DNA from: a phage
Length of the DNA: 40,621 nt
Sequence record: PX596819.2
Strand: one strand, 5' to 3'
Shown here: piece by piece, positions 1-10,468 of the stretch
How positions within the stretch are numbered: position 1 is the first letter of the stretch
How the letters are laid out: every line of letters starts with the position of its first letter
Position numbers and translations under genes: made by a program
The notes under the pieces: model-generated
Seen by the model: only the letters and a program-made list of their open reading frames with translations
Told to the model about the DNA's origin: nothing
Databases searched by the model: none

Positions 1-180
1 AGAGACTCAGAGACAGACCCATAGTCCCAACCTATCGTCTCCACCACCACCGATAGTCATGACCTATCGTTGACCTGAAGTCTTGACAATCGGTCCAACC
101 TTATGATAGACTTGGGTATGGCCTTTGGTCCGGACTGAAAGAGGGACTATGGGGATACTTGAGGTTCTTGAACTGTGAGA
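1..180 (-). repeat. Terminal-repeat-like region (single copy in this window); minus-strand reading begins TCTCACAG and ends GAGTCTCT at window position 1
   Basis: Minus strand of 173-180 reads TCTCACAG, as at the start of the T7 terminal repeat; it lies just beyond gene 19.5 and is flanked by ACTGTAGG-type short repeats. Window start and end are not identical, so the repeat is present once. Confidence 0.4.
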
Positions 181-204
181 TGTGGTCTCAAACTTTTGGT
201 CCAA

Positions 205-400
205 AACTCATCGTCACTACTGTAGGCCACAGCCACTGTAGGTCAAGGACCGTAGGTCAGGCGACACTAGGATAGACCAATAAGTAGGATGACCCTAAGT
301 GAGCTTCTATTAAGGTGTTACCTAAAGTCCTTGACTACAGTAGCTAAGGTCAGTAGAGTAGCGTCAGCTATGAACTGACCTTAGGTCCGTCTTTCGTTGA
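205..400. repeat. Array of short degenerate repeats (ACTGTAGG / CCTAAGG / CCTAAAG-like) next to the terminal repeat
   Basis: Repeated cactgtagg, accgtaggtc, gaccctaagt, cctaaagtcc, gaccttaggtcc motifs visible in sequence; analogous to the short repeat arrays flanking the T7 terminal repeat. Confidence 0.4.
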
Positions 401-417
401 TTGTTACCATGATTGCG

Positions 418-576
418 TTAACCACACTGAGACACCAGAGAACATACGAGAGTCTCGACCCACCCGACCCACTGACTTCCAGCAGTAATGCCAGCAGCAA
501 GTAGAACAGCAGCAAGAAACCTGTATGTAGCTCGATTGGTCGCCAGAGCTTTAAGTACAGCTTTGGTCTTTGCCAT
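418..576 (-). CDS. Small hydrophobic protein at the gene 19.5 position (52 aa)
   Basis: ATG preceded by GGAGGT; lies between the terminase gene and the terminal repeat, as gene 19.5 does in T7. Assigned by position only. Confidence 0.35.
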   Translation of the reverse strand: MAKTKAVLKALATNRATYRFLAAVLLAAGITAGSQWVGWVETLVCSLVSQCG

Positions 577-756
577 ATGCTACATACCTCCTGTATCTAT
601 GGTCGGTGACTATCTGTATTGGAGGGATTATGATTAATATCACCCTCCTTCCATCGGTGCAATCCTTAGGTAAGAACTCGGAGTCTGCCTCCTAAGGTCT
701 TGCATAAAGTCTGCATATGTATATTCACTACAGTAATACTATAAGTAACCATTGGT

Positions 757-779
757 CTTTCCTATAGTGATAGTTAAGT
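757..779 (-). promoter_or_regulatory. Phage RNAP promoter (phiOR-like), minus strand TTAACTATCACTATAGGAAAG
   Basis: Match to the 11-copy promoter consensus of this genome; located after gene 19 as phiOR is in T7. Confidence 0.6.
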
Positions 780-873
780 CCAAACTTCTTATAAAACAGT
801 AGGTTAGACTAGTAGTAACTATAGGTTACTAACTGCGTATTAATTCAGTTTTCGCCTATAGTTATTCATTCAG

Positions 874-2637
874 CTAGTGGAACGTAACGTATGACCCAAG
901 TCCAAGCTCATCGTCCGTATCGTGAGTTACCCTGACACCATTGTCCCAGAACTCAGTGTGGATGGACTCGAAGCCTTTCCGTGGGTTCTCCATCTGTTCC
1001 TCCAGCCACTCCTCAGTGACTTCACGTTCGCCTTTGTTGGCATCCTTAGCCATAGACTCAACGAAGAACTGTACACCGATAGCCAGCGCATCAAGTCGGT
1101 CATCGTGTGCCAAGGCTCCACGTTCACGAGATATACGTGTCATCTGGTAGAAGAGAGAGTAGATAGGGTTACGAACACCATCCTTATCAGAGGCTGACTG
1201 GTAGTCTTGGACGATAGCAGCAGCGTTAACGATAAGTCTGTGAGACCCCATGATAGGCTCCAGAACGTCACAGATTCGGAGTTCTTTCTGACCCTTACTC
1301 TTCACTTCAGTTACAGCAGCAGGATGGATACGGGCCGCTACAGGCTTGAATAACTCAAGGTACATACCATCACCGAAGTTACCCTCAATGACGTATTCGT
1401 TGACCTTCCACTTACGACCAATCTTAGCCAGAGCTTCCAGCGTAGAGTCTTCATAACCGCCACGCATACCACCAACTTCCATCGCGAAGATGTAGCCGTT
1501 GAGCTGGTACAATACAGCATAGCCAGTTTCATCCTTACCACGACCACTAGGGTCAATGACAAGAATCTTCTGGGTGTATGAACTGAAGGCAGAACCTACA
1601 GTCTGATACGTGTGGTATGAGTCACCCATGAGTCCAACGTTAGGAACGTCCTCACGCTTGTTCTGAGGGTTTGGCAGCCATTGGTAGACCATTGGGCTGG
1701 ACGCTGGGTCCAAGTCTGCTACGATAAGGTCACGGAGCTTCAGAGGGTACTTCTCGGCATCACTCAGGTTCGGGTTAAGCATGAACTGTAGAGCGAAGCC
1801 AGCTTTACCATAGGACAGCTCACGTTCCTTCAGGTCAATATCATCGAAGCGTACTTCATCAGTCGGACGCCAGTAGAAGGCCTCAGGGTCCTCTTCCAGC
1901 TCTGCTTGAAGCATAGGAGCCAGACGGTCGCCGTAAGACTGCCAGTCCTTCCTGTCGCGTGGATAACGAGCTGGCCAGATAGTAGTGGTGTACCCACGAC
2001 CTTCCAGCTCACGGTACAGGGTCATCTCGTTCTGAGGAGTACCCAGATAGATGATTGTACCTCCCGGCTTCAGGATAGCGTCGAACTCTTTCACAAGCTC
2101 TGATAGACGGTCTCGCGCAGCCTGAGTAGCAGAGTTGTTTGGAACCTCCACGTCATCGGCAATCAGGATGTCAGCACGACTACCAGTTAACTGACCAGTG
2201 ATACCAACTGACTTAACCGAAGGTGAGTGGTCTGGCTTGGCTGGCCCAACGTCGAAGCTAATAACCGCGTCCCTCTGTCCCTGCTTAGGCTTGAGTTCCT
2301 GAAGCTGAGGCATGAGGTCGATGATACGCTTGATGAAGATGGAGTTCGCATCGGCTCGTTCCTTTGAGGCCGACACAATCATGAACTTCAAGTCTGGGTT
2401 GTTCCATAGCTTCCAGACAACGAAACCACAGGTTAGAAACGACTTACCAATACCACGGAAAGCCTGAAGGATGAAGCGGCGATTATCCCCAGCAGCCAGC
2501 TTCTTACACATATCTATCTGGCAGCGGGTTGGAACCGGAAGGCTAAGAGCTTTCCAGAGAACGAAGATGAAGAACACGAAGTCTGCCTTCATACGGGCAG
2601 TCATTAGCGCCTGACGCGCCACTAAGTCTTTACTCAA
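874..2637 (-). CDS. gp19: Terminase large subunit (DNA maturase B, gp19)
   Basis: 587 aa, same size class as T7 gp19; last large gene of the map; ATPase and nuclease regions recognisable. Confidence 0.93.
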   Translation of the reverse strand: MSKDLVARQALMTARMKADFVFFIFVLWKALSLPVPTRCQIDMCKKLAAGDNRRFILQAFRGIGKSFLTCGFVVWKLWNNPDLKFMIVSASKERADANSIFIKRIIDLMPQLQELKPKQGQRDAVISFDVGPAKPDHSPSVKSVGITGQLTGSRADILIADDVEVPNNSATQAARDRLSELVKEFDAILKPGGTIIYLGTPQNEMTLYRELEGRGYTTTIWPARYPRDRKDWQSYGDRLAPMLQAELEEDPEAFYWRPTDEVRFDDIDLKERELSYGKAGFALQFMLNPNLSDAEKYPLKLRDLIVADLDPASSPMVYQWLPNPQNKREDVPNVGLMGDSYHTYQTVGSAFSSYTQKILVIDPSGRGKDETGYAVLYQLNGYIFAMEVGGMRGGYEDSTLEALAKIGRKWKVNEYVIEGNFGDGMYLELFKPVAARIHPAAVTEVKSKGQKELRICDVLEPIMGSHRLIVNAAAIVQDYQSASDKDGVRNPIYSLFYQMTRISRERGALAHDDRLDALAIGVQFFVESMAKDANKGEREVTEEWLEEQMENPRKGFESIHTEFWDNGVRVTHDTDDELGLGSYVTFH

Positions 2638-3083
2638 TGCGTCGCCTCCTTATCTTGCTGTAAGGCTCTCACAGTGTCCTGAAGTGCCTTAATCCACTTG
2701 TCTCCTTTCACTCCGATGGCGATAAGACGTTTAGCATCTCGTTCGTCAAGTTCGGCGTAACTAGCAATGACGCATCGACCGTCACTTTGTGTGGTTCCAC
2801 TCGTTGGTTTGACTCGGATGCGCAGCCGCTTATTGTCAGACTGAAGGTCAGCAATAATCCTATCAGTGCTGCCTTCCAGCGAGGACATTTCGTCCTGAAA
2901 CCGTTTTGACACTTTGTTGACTTCAGCTTGGACAGCAAGCCTTGTATCTTCCGATGCCTTAAGATTCGAGGTGTATTCTGCATTGACCTTAGCCTCCCAC
3001 TTATTGTTAGCGGTGTGGTAGCCACCAGCAAACATCACTGCTGCAAGTAACCACGGAGCCGCTCTCTTTAAAAATTCGAGCAT
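2634..3083 (-). CDS. gp18.5: i-spanin (Rz-like, gp18.5)
   Basis: 149 aa, N-terminal TM segment ([12 protein letters not shown]) then charged coiled-coil region; sits between small and large terminase genes as in T7. Confidence 0.75.
   Translation of the reverse strand: MLEFLKRAAPWLLAAVMFAGGYHTANNKWEAKVNAEYTSNLKASEDTRLAVQAEVNKVSKRFQDEMSSLEGSTDRIIADLQSDNKRLRIRVKPTSGTTQSDGRCVIASYAELDERDAKRLIAIGVKGDKWIKALQDTVRALQQDKEATH
2708..2983 (-). CDS. gp18.7: o-spanin lipoprotein (Rz1-like, gp18.7) embedded out of frame in gp18.5
   Basis: Alternative frame inside the i-spanin gene encodes a lipobox LTISGC followed by ASESNQ; start taken at the internal Met of the 107-aa ORF, so the exact start is uncertain. 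Confidence 0.6.
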   Translation of the reverse strand: MQNTPRILRHRKIQGLLSKLKSTKCQNGFRTKCPRWKAALIGLLLTFSLTISGCASESNQRVEPHKVTVDASLLVTPNLTNEMLNVLSPSE

Positions 3084-3143
3084 AGTTGCCCTCCCGGTTT
3101 ATCAGATTTTCACGTAGAGTCTCCTCCACTAGTTAGTGTTAAC

Positions 3144-3185
3144 CATAAAGGCCACTACACATAGTAATGACCTTGAGTCTAACAC
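3144..3185 (-). other. Conserved hairpin motif (copy 1 of 3), candidate RNase III processing site (R18.5-like position)
   Basis: Motif cat(a/g)aaggccac-N13-15-atgaccttgagtcta recurs three times; the transcript folds as an ~11 bp stem (AAGGUCAU.. / ..GUGGCCUU) with a 5 nt loop. Confidence 0.4.
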
Positions 3186-3449
3186 TTATTGAACTCCATA
3201 CCCTGTGTCATTATCTTCCGTAGCGGAGAGCACCTTATCGTACTCTGCGTTCAGGGCCTCCATATCAGCCAGCGTCTTCTCGTCCACAGACACCTTACTT
3301 AACACAAAGTTGTGACGAGCCAGTAGCTTCTCAATGGCGTTGTAAAGCTGAGGCGAACGCTTAGAGTCATCCCGCAGGTCTTGCAGCATGAGTCTAGCAC
3401 GTTCAGTATCTAGCATTAAGAGGAACTTCTCTAAGTCCATCTGCGTCAT
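3186..3449 (-). CDS. gp18: Terminase small subunit (DNA maturase A, gp18)
   Basis: 87 aa; size and position as T7 gp18 between the holin and Rz genes. Confidence 0.75.
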   Translation of the reverse strand: MTQMDLEKFLLMLDTERARLMLQDLRDDSKRSPQLYNAIEKLLARHNFVLSKVSVDEKTLADMEALNAEYDKVLSATEDNDTGYGVQ

Positions 3450-3640
3450 GTTTTACCACCTCCTTTAATCGTTTTGTAGACTAGCACACCAATCTGGACA
3501 ACGGTGTACGCGATAGCTGCAACGTAGAACCATTCGTTCAGTGTAAGTCCGAAGAAGAACCGACTGGCACCATCAGCCGCAGCGGTCCCGACGATAGGAG
3601 AGGCTTTAAGGACCTCATTCTTGAAGTCTAACTCAATCAT
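3446..3640 (-). CDS. gp17.5: Holin (gp17.5-like)
   Basis: 64 aa with a hydrophobic TM segment (WFYVAAIAYTVVQIGVLVY) and charged C-terminus; follows the tail fibre gene as in T7. Confidence 0.75.
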   Translation of the reverse strand: MIELDFKNEVLKASPIVGTAAADGASRFFFGLTLNEWFYVAAIAYTVVQIGVLVYKTIKGGGKT

Positions 3641-3799
3641 AAAACCTCCAGTTTAAAGCGGGTCGTCCGTTACCCAAAGTTGTTACCATACGTTGGTCAG
3701 CGTGTAGTTAGCCTCTACCTCCACAACCTTCGATGGATTTTGATGATGAAATTCCATTCTGATACCATCAACCGCTTCTAAATAACGGGCCATTATTAT

Positions 3800-5995
3800 T
3801 TATACGATATTGTTCCCCATCGGTACCATGCTCATCGTAGGCGCTACGGAGTAGGATACAATAAGAGAATCACCGGGGGCGAGCATAACAAAGCCAGATG
3901 TCATACCTGTCACAGTTTGTGACCCACCGCGATTGAATTGGATACTCGTCACTGTGCCTCCAGTTGTAAGCACATTCTGGTACTCGCCTGTAGTATTTGT
4001 GTAGGTGAACGGGGAAGCCGTAACCGTGATAGGTTGGCGCAATTTTGTCGGGTACACATAAGCATTAGCGTCCAAGTCAAAAACATTACGGAAGCTACTA
4101 TTCGTGCCTGAATCGTAAATGCCTCCGCTGCCAGTGTCAAAATAGTTAACAGTCAGGTTTTCGATGTTCGCGGCAGAACAACCAGACTGCATTTCGATAC
4201 GCTCATGTAAGCCACCTACAATTCTCGCCCGGCGAGATGAACTGAGCAGAACGATGCTTTTGCCTGTATAACAGTTCTCCAGTACCGTATCTTGCCCACC
4301 ATCCAGCAGGTCTGCTGTCCCGTTAGCCTCAAAACCCATACCTACGAACTTATTCTGGCGTGACCCGCCTGAGGTAGTTATACCGTAGGTTCCGTTAGCC
4401 TCAGAAGTTCCGCCTATGAAGGTATTCAGGTCAGTGTCATTCAGGCGAATACCTGTACCCCCAACGCCTTCCATGATGGTATTAATAAACAGGTTTGCTG
4501 TTGACTTCAGGTTTCTGGACGGAGAAGTGCCAAGTACAAGACCGTAGTAAGGCTTGTTAGTAACTGGTTGCTCATTGATGGAATATGTTATGTTCTCGAA
4601 TACACTGGCAACGGTCCATAATAAACTCATAACCTTACCTGTTGTTGGGCTGGCCTCCCTTAAATTGATATTACGCATAGTTAGGTGTGAAGAATTCTCT
4701 ACATATAGAATGTGCTGGGTATTCGCATGACCTTCTATACCAATGTTTTCCACCACAACGTCGTAAACAGCTTGCAAACCATATTCTGAACCGTCGATCT
4801 TAAAAGCCTTCTCACCGGATGTACTTTTAAGGATAGTGTTATTTTTACCGTCCCCGAAAATATGAACACCTTTAACAGCAAAGTTTGGACCAGTCGCATA
4901 CGCATAAATACCAGCAGGGATGTATCCGCGTCGCTTATCTGTCTGGGCCACTACCGCGTTCCTGAATGCTGCCAGCTGTGCACTATTGTCAGTCACACCA
5001 TCACCGACGGCACCGAACCACAAGGCATTAATAGGGCCATCAAAGTCTCTCACCCAGCAACCGCTACCTGAAGGGTCTGATTCTCCGGTACCAGCCAAGA
5101 AAGCTGAGATGGAACTATACGGTACCGATGGGCTTATGATAGTACCACCATTGTGCGACGTTTTTGGCATGGTCGGTACGAAAATAAACTCGCCACCACC
5201 AGTAGGTTTTCCACCTGTTACTAATATATAATCAGAAGACCATGATTTTAGTTTTACCCTTGAGGTATCCCTCCCATATAAGCCATAAAATCCAGAAACG
5301 GAATCTAATTCCCCTATTAATGAATATCCAAGTTTGCTAGCAAGATGACTACGCAATGATGCATCACCAACACTAACCCACGCACCTACTCCAATCCCAC
5401 CGGAAGATTCAGGAGTTGAACCAGTAGGAACGTTCTTTGGAAGCGTACCATCCCAGCGGTAATAATCACTATCCTCCTCCCATAGCAGTACCTCGTTCCA
5501 TGTTGTAATGTTGAAGCCTTTCTCGAAGGAGCGACGGGTAATATAGCCAATTTTACCAGATGCCTTGATACTCTCAGCGATTCGTCGTGCTTCGTCCTCG
5601 CTATCCTTAGCGTTGCCAGCAGAGCTACCAGCGGCATCGGCATATTCCTTCGCTAAGTCAACCGTTTGGTCTCGACCTTCTTCTGCAATATGGATAGCCT
5701 GAAGCTCTGAATTGGTCAGGTCACTAGCTGTCAACACTGAGCCATTCCTGAAGTCTACCACTAAGTCAGTTCCAGTCTGACGGTGAATACGAACGATGTC
5801 GAAACCTGATTGGTCAACCAACATCTCAATCATCGTTGGATTAAAGAATCGGTAATCTCGGCCAACTTCCAGTACACGGTTCATGGTAGGGTTAGAGCTA
5901 TTCACCAGCGTAACAACAACAAACGTTCTGGCTAGGTAGTCGAACTCAATCCTGTAATGAGTGTTTCCTGAAGGGAATTGTGTAATAGTGGACAT
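3800..5995 (-). CDS. gp17: Tail fibre / tail spike (gp17) with T7-like N-terminal anchor and a distinct C-terminal beta-helix-like domain
   Basis: N-terminal ~150 aa (EFDYLARTFVVVTL, VDFRNGSVL, HIAEEGRD) resemble the T7 gp17 tail-attachment domain; the remainder is Gly/Asn/Thr-rich with repeated short strands, typical of tailspike beta-helices. Confidence 0.85.
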   Translation of the reverse strand: MSTITQFPSGNTHYRIEFDYLARTFVVVTLVNSSNPTMNRVLEVGRDYRFFNPTMIEMLVDQSGFDIVRIHRQTGTDLVVDFRNGSVLTASDLTNSELQAIHIAEEGRDQTVDLAKEYADAAGSSAGNAKDSEDEARRIAESIKASGKIGYITRRSFEKGFNITTWNEVLLWEEDSDYYRWDGTLPKNVPTGSTPESSGGIGVGAWVSVGDASLRSHLASKLGYSLIGELDSVSGFYGLYGRDTSRVKLKSWSSDYILVTGGKPTGGGEFIFVPTMPKTSHNGGTIISPSVPYSSISAFLAGTGESDPSGSGCWVRDFDGPINALWFGAVGDGVTDNSAQLAAFRNAVVAQTDKRRGYIPAGIYAYATGPNFAVKGVHIFGDGKNNTILKSTSGEKAFKIDGSEYGLQAVYDVVVENIGIEGHANTQHILYVENSSHLTMRNINLREASPTTGKVMSLLWTVASVFENITYSINEQPVTNKPYYGLVLGTSPSRNLKSTANLFINTIMEGVGGTGIRLNDTDLNTFIGGTSEANGTYGITTSGGSRQNKFVGMGFEANGTADLLDGGQDTVLENCYTGKSIVLLSSSRRARIVGGLHERIEMQSGCSAANIENLTVNYFDTGSGGIYDSGTNSSFRNVFDLDANAYVYPTKLRQPITVTASPFTYTNTTGEYQNVLTTGGTVTSIQFNRGGSQTVTGMTSGFVMLAPGDSLIVSYSVAPTMSMVPMGNNIV

Positions 5996-6043
5996 TATGC
6001 CTCCTGTTATGAATTAAAATGGAGACCTATGGTAGCGCCTCCA

Positions 6044-6066
6044 GTTTCCTATAGTGATAGTTTAGT
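6044..6066 (-). promoter_or_regulatory. Phage RNAP promoter (phi17-like)
   Basis: Minus strand ACTAAACTATCACTATAGGAAACTGGAGG just upstream of gene 17, overlapping the gene 16 stop. Confidence 0.65.
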
Positions 6067-9000
6067 CCTTGATGTGAATGCCTTGTTCCTCAAACGTTCC
6101 AAGCAACAGCTTCTGGGTAATGGGGTCGTTCGGAACCAGTTCACGGAGCGTATTATACATCCCGGTCATGTAGTCACGCTCGTTGACACGAGTATCAGCC
6201 TTGAGGTAGCCAGCCAAGTTGTAAGCCGAAGCGCCAACGTTAGCAGCATATCCGAAAGCTGGAACCTGCTCCAAGAAGTTACCAACAACATTCATCACAG
6301 GGTCACTTGTAGCTGCACCATACGCGATGGCACGTTCAGGCTTCTCTGTAGGAGAACGAGGTAGGATAGACGAACGGAGCATCTTAGTGTCCTCATACCC
6401 AGCGATGCCACCCAGAATGTTAGCTACCCCAAGTGGGCCACCCAGATGTGAACTACGGGACAGAGACGCATAACCAATCATCGTCGGGTCCAGAGCTTGC
6501 TTAAGGTAATCACGGTCTCGACCATCCTGCATGGCATAAGCCTTGACGTGCGCCTGAGCCATGTAGTAGATACCAGCCAGGCCCATAGACATCACGGTCG
6601 ATAGTGCAGCATCAATCGCTCGGTTGTTCTTCGTGGCGTTATAGAAGGTACGCATGGTTCGCCCATTGATGGACTTGATTACGAAGTTCTTAAACTGAAG
6701 GACAGTCTTAGCGATAGGACCATAAGCCTTGGCGTCCATGTTGGACAGCTTATAAGGACGGAGTAACGTTTCGTCAGCGATGGTGTCACCCATACGCCAC
6801 AGGTCCATAGCCCTTGGGTCCTGACTGAACGCCTTCTTATCCTTGATGGTATACTTCCCGTCTGGACCACGAGTCACTGACTCACGGATTAGGGACTTAA
6901 TACCATTCCACTGCTCGTTAGAGATACCAGCGGTCTTCAGCCATCGGTCATCGAACTTACGCTTACTACCAGTCAGGCTATGCTCCACGATGTCAGACAG
7001 GAAGCCTTGACGTCCAGCGTCTAACAGGTAGTTTGTTGTACCGTTGAGGACTTTAGTTAACGGCGAGCGTACTGCAAGTTCACCAGTGTAATACTTGGCA
7101 GTCCCAAGAGCTGTAGCCGCCCCGCGACCTAGGTCGCTATAGGAGCGAAGACGGTCAATGACATCCTGTTTAGACGGGCGGATTGAGTCATCAAGTTCCT
7201 TACCGAAGAGAACATTGTGAAGGTCCTTAATCTCTGAGGCTCCGACCTTCTTGTTACGGAAGGCTAGGTCACGGAACATCGGGACTCCATGAAGCATTGC
7301 GCGAACGTTACCGCGAGCCAGCATACCGCCAATCTCCGTTAAGTTCTGAACACCCATGTAGGCATTCTTAGCGAAGAACGATAGGTCCGTCATTGTGCGC
7401 ATCACGGTAGCGAAGGCCGCATCGTCAGCACCATCACGTCGAGCACGTCCAGTGAGAATCTTCAAGGTGTCACGCAAGGTAGATACCTCACCTTTCAACT
7501 TTCCGTCATCACCAGCTTTGTTCATCATGGTCTCAACTAAGTCCTTCATTTCCTTCGTGGTCTTTCCTGTACCAGCCATGATAGCAATGTCACCATTAAT
7601 TCGACGGTTGTAGGCCGGGACAATCTTGTCCATGTCCCACTCGCGAAGACTATTGACGCTGAACTGCTTACCATTTGGCAAGGTGATTTCCATGTCGTTA
7701 TCGAACAGGTTGCGAGCCTCAAGGAAGTTATTGTTCTCCAGACCAACCAGACCGTTGATGTTTTCTTCCATTACGGATGAACGCTCAAACTGCTCTGTAT
7801 GGGAGATACCATAAGCCTTATCATTAGCATACTTCTCTACCATATCCATAGTCACCTCTGGTGCTGCTTGAGATGCGTTGCCAGATGTAGTTTCACCAGA
7901 TGTAGTGTCCTGACCATCTACAGAAGACTTCTGCCCTTTGGCAGCTGCCACAGCCGATTCAGCTTCAGTTGTTGCTTTGGTGATTCTGTCTCGAACCTTA
8001 TCAGCCTGTCCTTTCATGTAGTCGAGACGCTCGGTGTTAATACGGACGTGAGACTTCTGTGTCTCAATCATCTGCTTCCGACTCTCAATCTTAACAGGAA
8101 TGGTCTTGCTATTAGGCTTAGCAGCTAGCTTTTCTTCCAACTCCTTCAGCTTAGCTTCATGAGAATCCAGTCGGTCCTTGGAGTTCTGGAGTTTCTTTTC
8201 ACGGTCTGCAACTCGCTTCTCAGCGTTGGTAAGGACATCTTTGAGTTCCGCTACCTTATCAATTGCCTGTGTAGCTGCATCGTCCAGTTTCATCTGGTCA
8301 CGAGCTGCTTCTACAGAAGAACGATGATTTGATGCAGTACCTACAGTCTTACCTGCCGCTGGTTGAGATGCCCGTAACTGCTCTGCTAACATCTCGTCCA
8401 CTCGCGCCTTGACTTCAGGTCTTGACGCATAGCTTGTCAACCATGACTTCTTGATGGCCTCCTGTAATGCCTCTGGGCTTCCAAGCTCATTGATATAAAG
8501 CTGCTTCATCTGAGAACTGTAGACTACAGGAACGTAGGTTCCCTTGAATCTACTACCCGGAAAGATAGACTTAGCGTCTGTACGACCAAACATCGCTGGG
8601 TTCTCCATCATTTCACGCTTTGCGTCAAACTGGTTCTTCAGCATGTCATAGACTTTCAGTTCCCCCGGAGTAAGTTCAGACTTCAGGTTCCCGCTACCAT
8701 CCTCAATAGCCAAAGCTACGCGCTTATAAACATCCTCACGCAGAGCTGAGTTATCTCGCCAGAACGCTGTCTGGAAGTACGGGTCCTTGAGAGCCTCAGT
8801 AACCGCATCGTCGATGTCGTTGTAGAACCGATGGTCCACAGCACGAAGTCTCTCGAATACGTCTGACGCAGTGGTCCCGATTTTACCTGAGGCCCCTGAC
8901 TGCATACCAGTCGGTGAACGCACTAGGTCAGCAGCGACTCCACGAATCTCAGGGTTCTCGGACCGAAGCAGCTTCAGGCCAATCTCAGTCAGACCACCAA

Positions 9001-10468
9001 GGTTCACACCAGCAGCGGCACGTTCAGGCTCAATCACTTCGTCAAATACTTGGCGTGTCTTAGGGTTCAGAGGGTTCTCACCAATCAGGATTGAACCATC
9101 TTCAAGTCGTACACTACCCGGCTCATTCGGAACGTCAGCGAACTTAACGCCTTGATGGCTAAAGGTCTGCTCACCATCCTGAATAGGTAGACGAGACAGG
9201 TCCTGACCATCAGTGTTGCGAGCTGTCTCACGAGCTTCCAGACGTGTAGCTGGGCCAGCGAACTCGTTAGTGTTGCGACCCAAGGCTCTGCCTAGACCAT
9301 CAGCGATAGCAGTCATACCTCCACCGAAGAGAGCACCACCAAGGATAGCCTCAGCCACATGAGCATCACCACCAGCCACTGATGTACGGGCCATCTCTGA
9401 CACACCAGCAAGTGCTCCAGATTGAGCAGCCACTGTGAACATCTTGTTGACCAGCTTACCACCTTTGCCAACCTGTCCAGCGATAGGAACGTAGGTCAGC
9501 GGGTCTACACCAGCACCAATCACACCAGCGGCTAACTGAGCACCAACCCCGGCCTTGGCCTTCTCTTGGTCCAACTTCTGGTTCTCAAGCGCCAAGTTAA
9601 TAAGCTCGGTCAGGTTCTGAGGGGAGCCACCAGTAATGACCCCGTAATACTGAGGAAGAACTCCAGCGTTACGAATCTGGTCCAGCTCCTCACGAGACCA
9701 CTTATGGTTGTTCCATCGTGTCGGGTTAAACACATCGCCAATGACATCAAGTGAGTCCTCGGTCTGACCAGCGCGGATAGCCACCCCGACCATAGAGTTC
9801 TTCACTTCAGCTTCTGTAGCCGCGCCGAAACCGAACCACGTAGAGCGATCCTCTCGTTCCTGCATGGTCTCGCCAGTAGATTTATAGAACATCTCACCGA
9901 ACGATTCGTTAGGAGCTTCAGGTGATTGACCCTCAATGTTTAGACCAGCAGCGGTCGGAAGGTTCTCGCCCAGAGCTACTTTAGGTTTCGCCTTTAATCC
10001 TTCCGTGAGTGCGTCAAATACGTTAGCGCTTACTGGTGGAGTCTTTGGGCTAATGCCATTGAGTGCTCGTGCGACTCCCTTCCGATAGACTTCAGGGTCG
10101 TACCTGGAGCCTGTCTCGTGGTAGCCGATAGCTTGAGCCAGAGAAGACAGGGTGTCAGGGTCCGATAGGTCGAGACTCTGGGTAGCTGGAATACCAGTCG
10201 CAGCAACCACTGAGTTAATATAAGACTGAGTGTCGTTCTCGTTAGGAGGAGCCCATCGGTTGATAATCTTCTCGATGGAGTCATAACCTTGGCGACCGTA
10301 GCTTTGAAGGTTTTTCGCTAATGCTCTTACTCCTGATTCAGGACTATCGAAGATAACGAATGCACCATCATCGCCCACAGCACCTTCCCATTGGTCCTTA
10401 CTTACCCGGAGGTTACCCAGATTATTATTGCGAATACCACGAGTCGCCATTATGTTACTCCTTACCAA
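6062..10468 (-). CDS. gp16: Internal virion protein D (gp16) with N-terminal lytic transglycosylase-like domain
   Basis: 1468 aa; N-terminus (GIRNNNLGNLR.., SPESGVRALAKNL) resembles the T7 gp16 transglycosylase domain; long coiled-coil segment mid-protein; position after gp15. Confidence 0.9.
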   Translation of the reverse strand: MVRSNIMATRGIRNNNLGNLRVSKDQWEGAVGDDGAFVIFDSPESGVRALAKNLQSYGRQGYDSIEKIINRWAPPNENDTQSYINSVVAATGIPATQSLDLSDPDTLSSLAQAIGYHETGSRYDPEVYRKGVARALNGISPKTPPVSANVFDALTEGLKAKPKVALGENLPTAAGLNIEGQSPEAPNESFGEMFYKSTGETMQEREDRSTWFGFGAATEAEVKNSMVGVAIRAGQTEDSLDVIGDVFNPTRWNNHKWSREELDQIRNAGVLPQYYGVITGGSPQNLTELINLALENQKLDQEKAKAGVGAQLAAGVIGAGVDPLTYVPIAGQVGKGGKLVNKMFTVAAQSGALAGVSEMARTSVAGGDAHVAEAILGGALFGGGMTAIADGLGRALGRNTNEFAGPATRLEARETARNTDGQDLSRLPIQDGEQTFSHQGVKFADVPNEPGSVRLEDGSILIGENPLNPKTRQVFDEVIEPERAAAGVNLGGLTEIGLKLLRSENPEIRGVAADLVRSPTGMQSGASGKIGTTASDVFERLRAVDHRFYNDIDDAVTEALKDPYFQTAFWRDNSALREDVYKRVALAIEDGSGNLKSELTPGELKVYDMLKNQFDAKREMMENPAMFGRTDAKSIFPGSRFKGTYVPVVYSSQMKQLYINELGSPEALQEAIKKSWLTSYASRPEVKARVDEMLAEQLRASQPAAGKTVGTASNHRSSVEAARDQMKLDDAATQAIDKVAELKDVLTNAEKRVADREKKLQNSKDRLDSHEAKLKELEEKLAAKPNSKTIPVKIESRKQMIETQKSHVRINTERLDYMKGQADKVRDRITKATTEAESAVAAAKGQKSSVDGQDTTSGETTSGNASQAAPEVTMDMVEKYANDKAYGISHTEQFERSSVMEENINGLVGLENNNFLEARNLFDNDMEITLPNGKQFSVNSLREWDMDKIVPAYNRRINGDIAIMAGTGKTTKEMKDLVETMMNKAGDDGKLKGEVSTLRDTLKILTGRARRDGADDAAFATVMRTMTDLSFFAKNAYMGVQNLTEIGGMLARGNVRAMLHGVPMFRDLAFRNKKVGASEIKDLHNVLFGKELDDSIRPSKQDVIDRLRSYSDLGRGAATALGTAKYYTGELAVRSPLTKVLNGTTNYLLDAGRQGFLSDIVEHSLTGSKRKFDDRWLKTAGISNEQWNGIKSLIRESVTRGPDGKYTIKDKKAFSQDPRAMDLWRMGDTIADETLLRPYKLSNMDAKAYGPIAKTVLQFKNFVIKSINGRTMRTFYNATKNNRAIDAALSTVMSMGLAGIYYMAQAHVKAYAMQDGRDRDYLKQALDPTMIGYASLSRSSHLGGPLGVANILGGIAGYEDTKMLRSSILPRSPTEKPERAIAYGAATSDPVMNVVGNFLEQVPAFGYAANVGASAYNLAGYLKADTRVNERDYMTGMYNTLRELVPNDPITQKLLLGTFEEQGIHIKD

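Noticed and set aside
2708-3031. Full 107-aa reading of the ORF embedded in the i-spanin gene
   Set aside because: Only the C-terminal part (lipobox LTISGC onward) makes sense as an o-spanin; start moved to the internal Met (2983). The exact start remains uncertain.
3680-3793. 37-aa ATG ORF in the gene 17 / holin intergenic region
   Set aside because: No RBS and no recognisable features; the region more likely acts as a leader for the holin gene.
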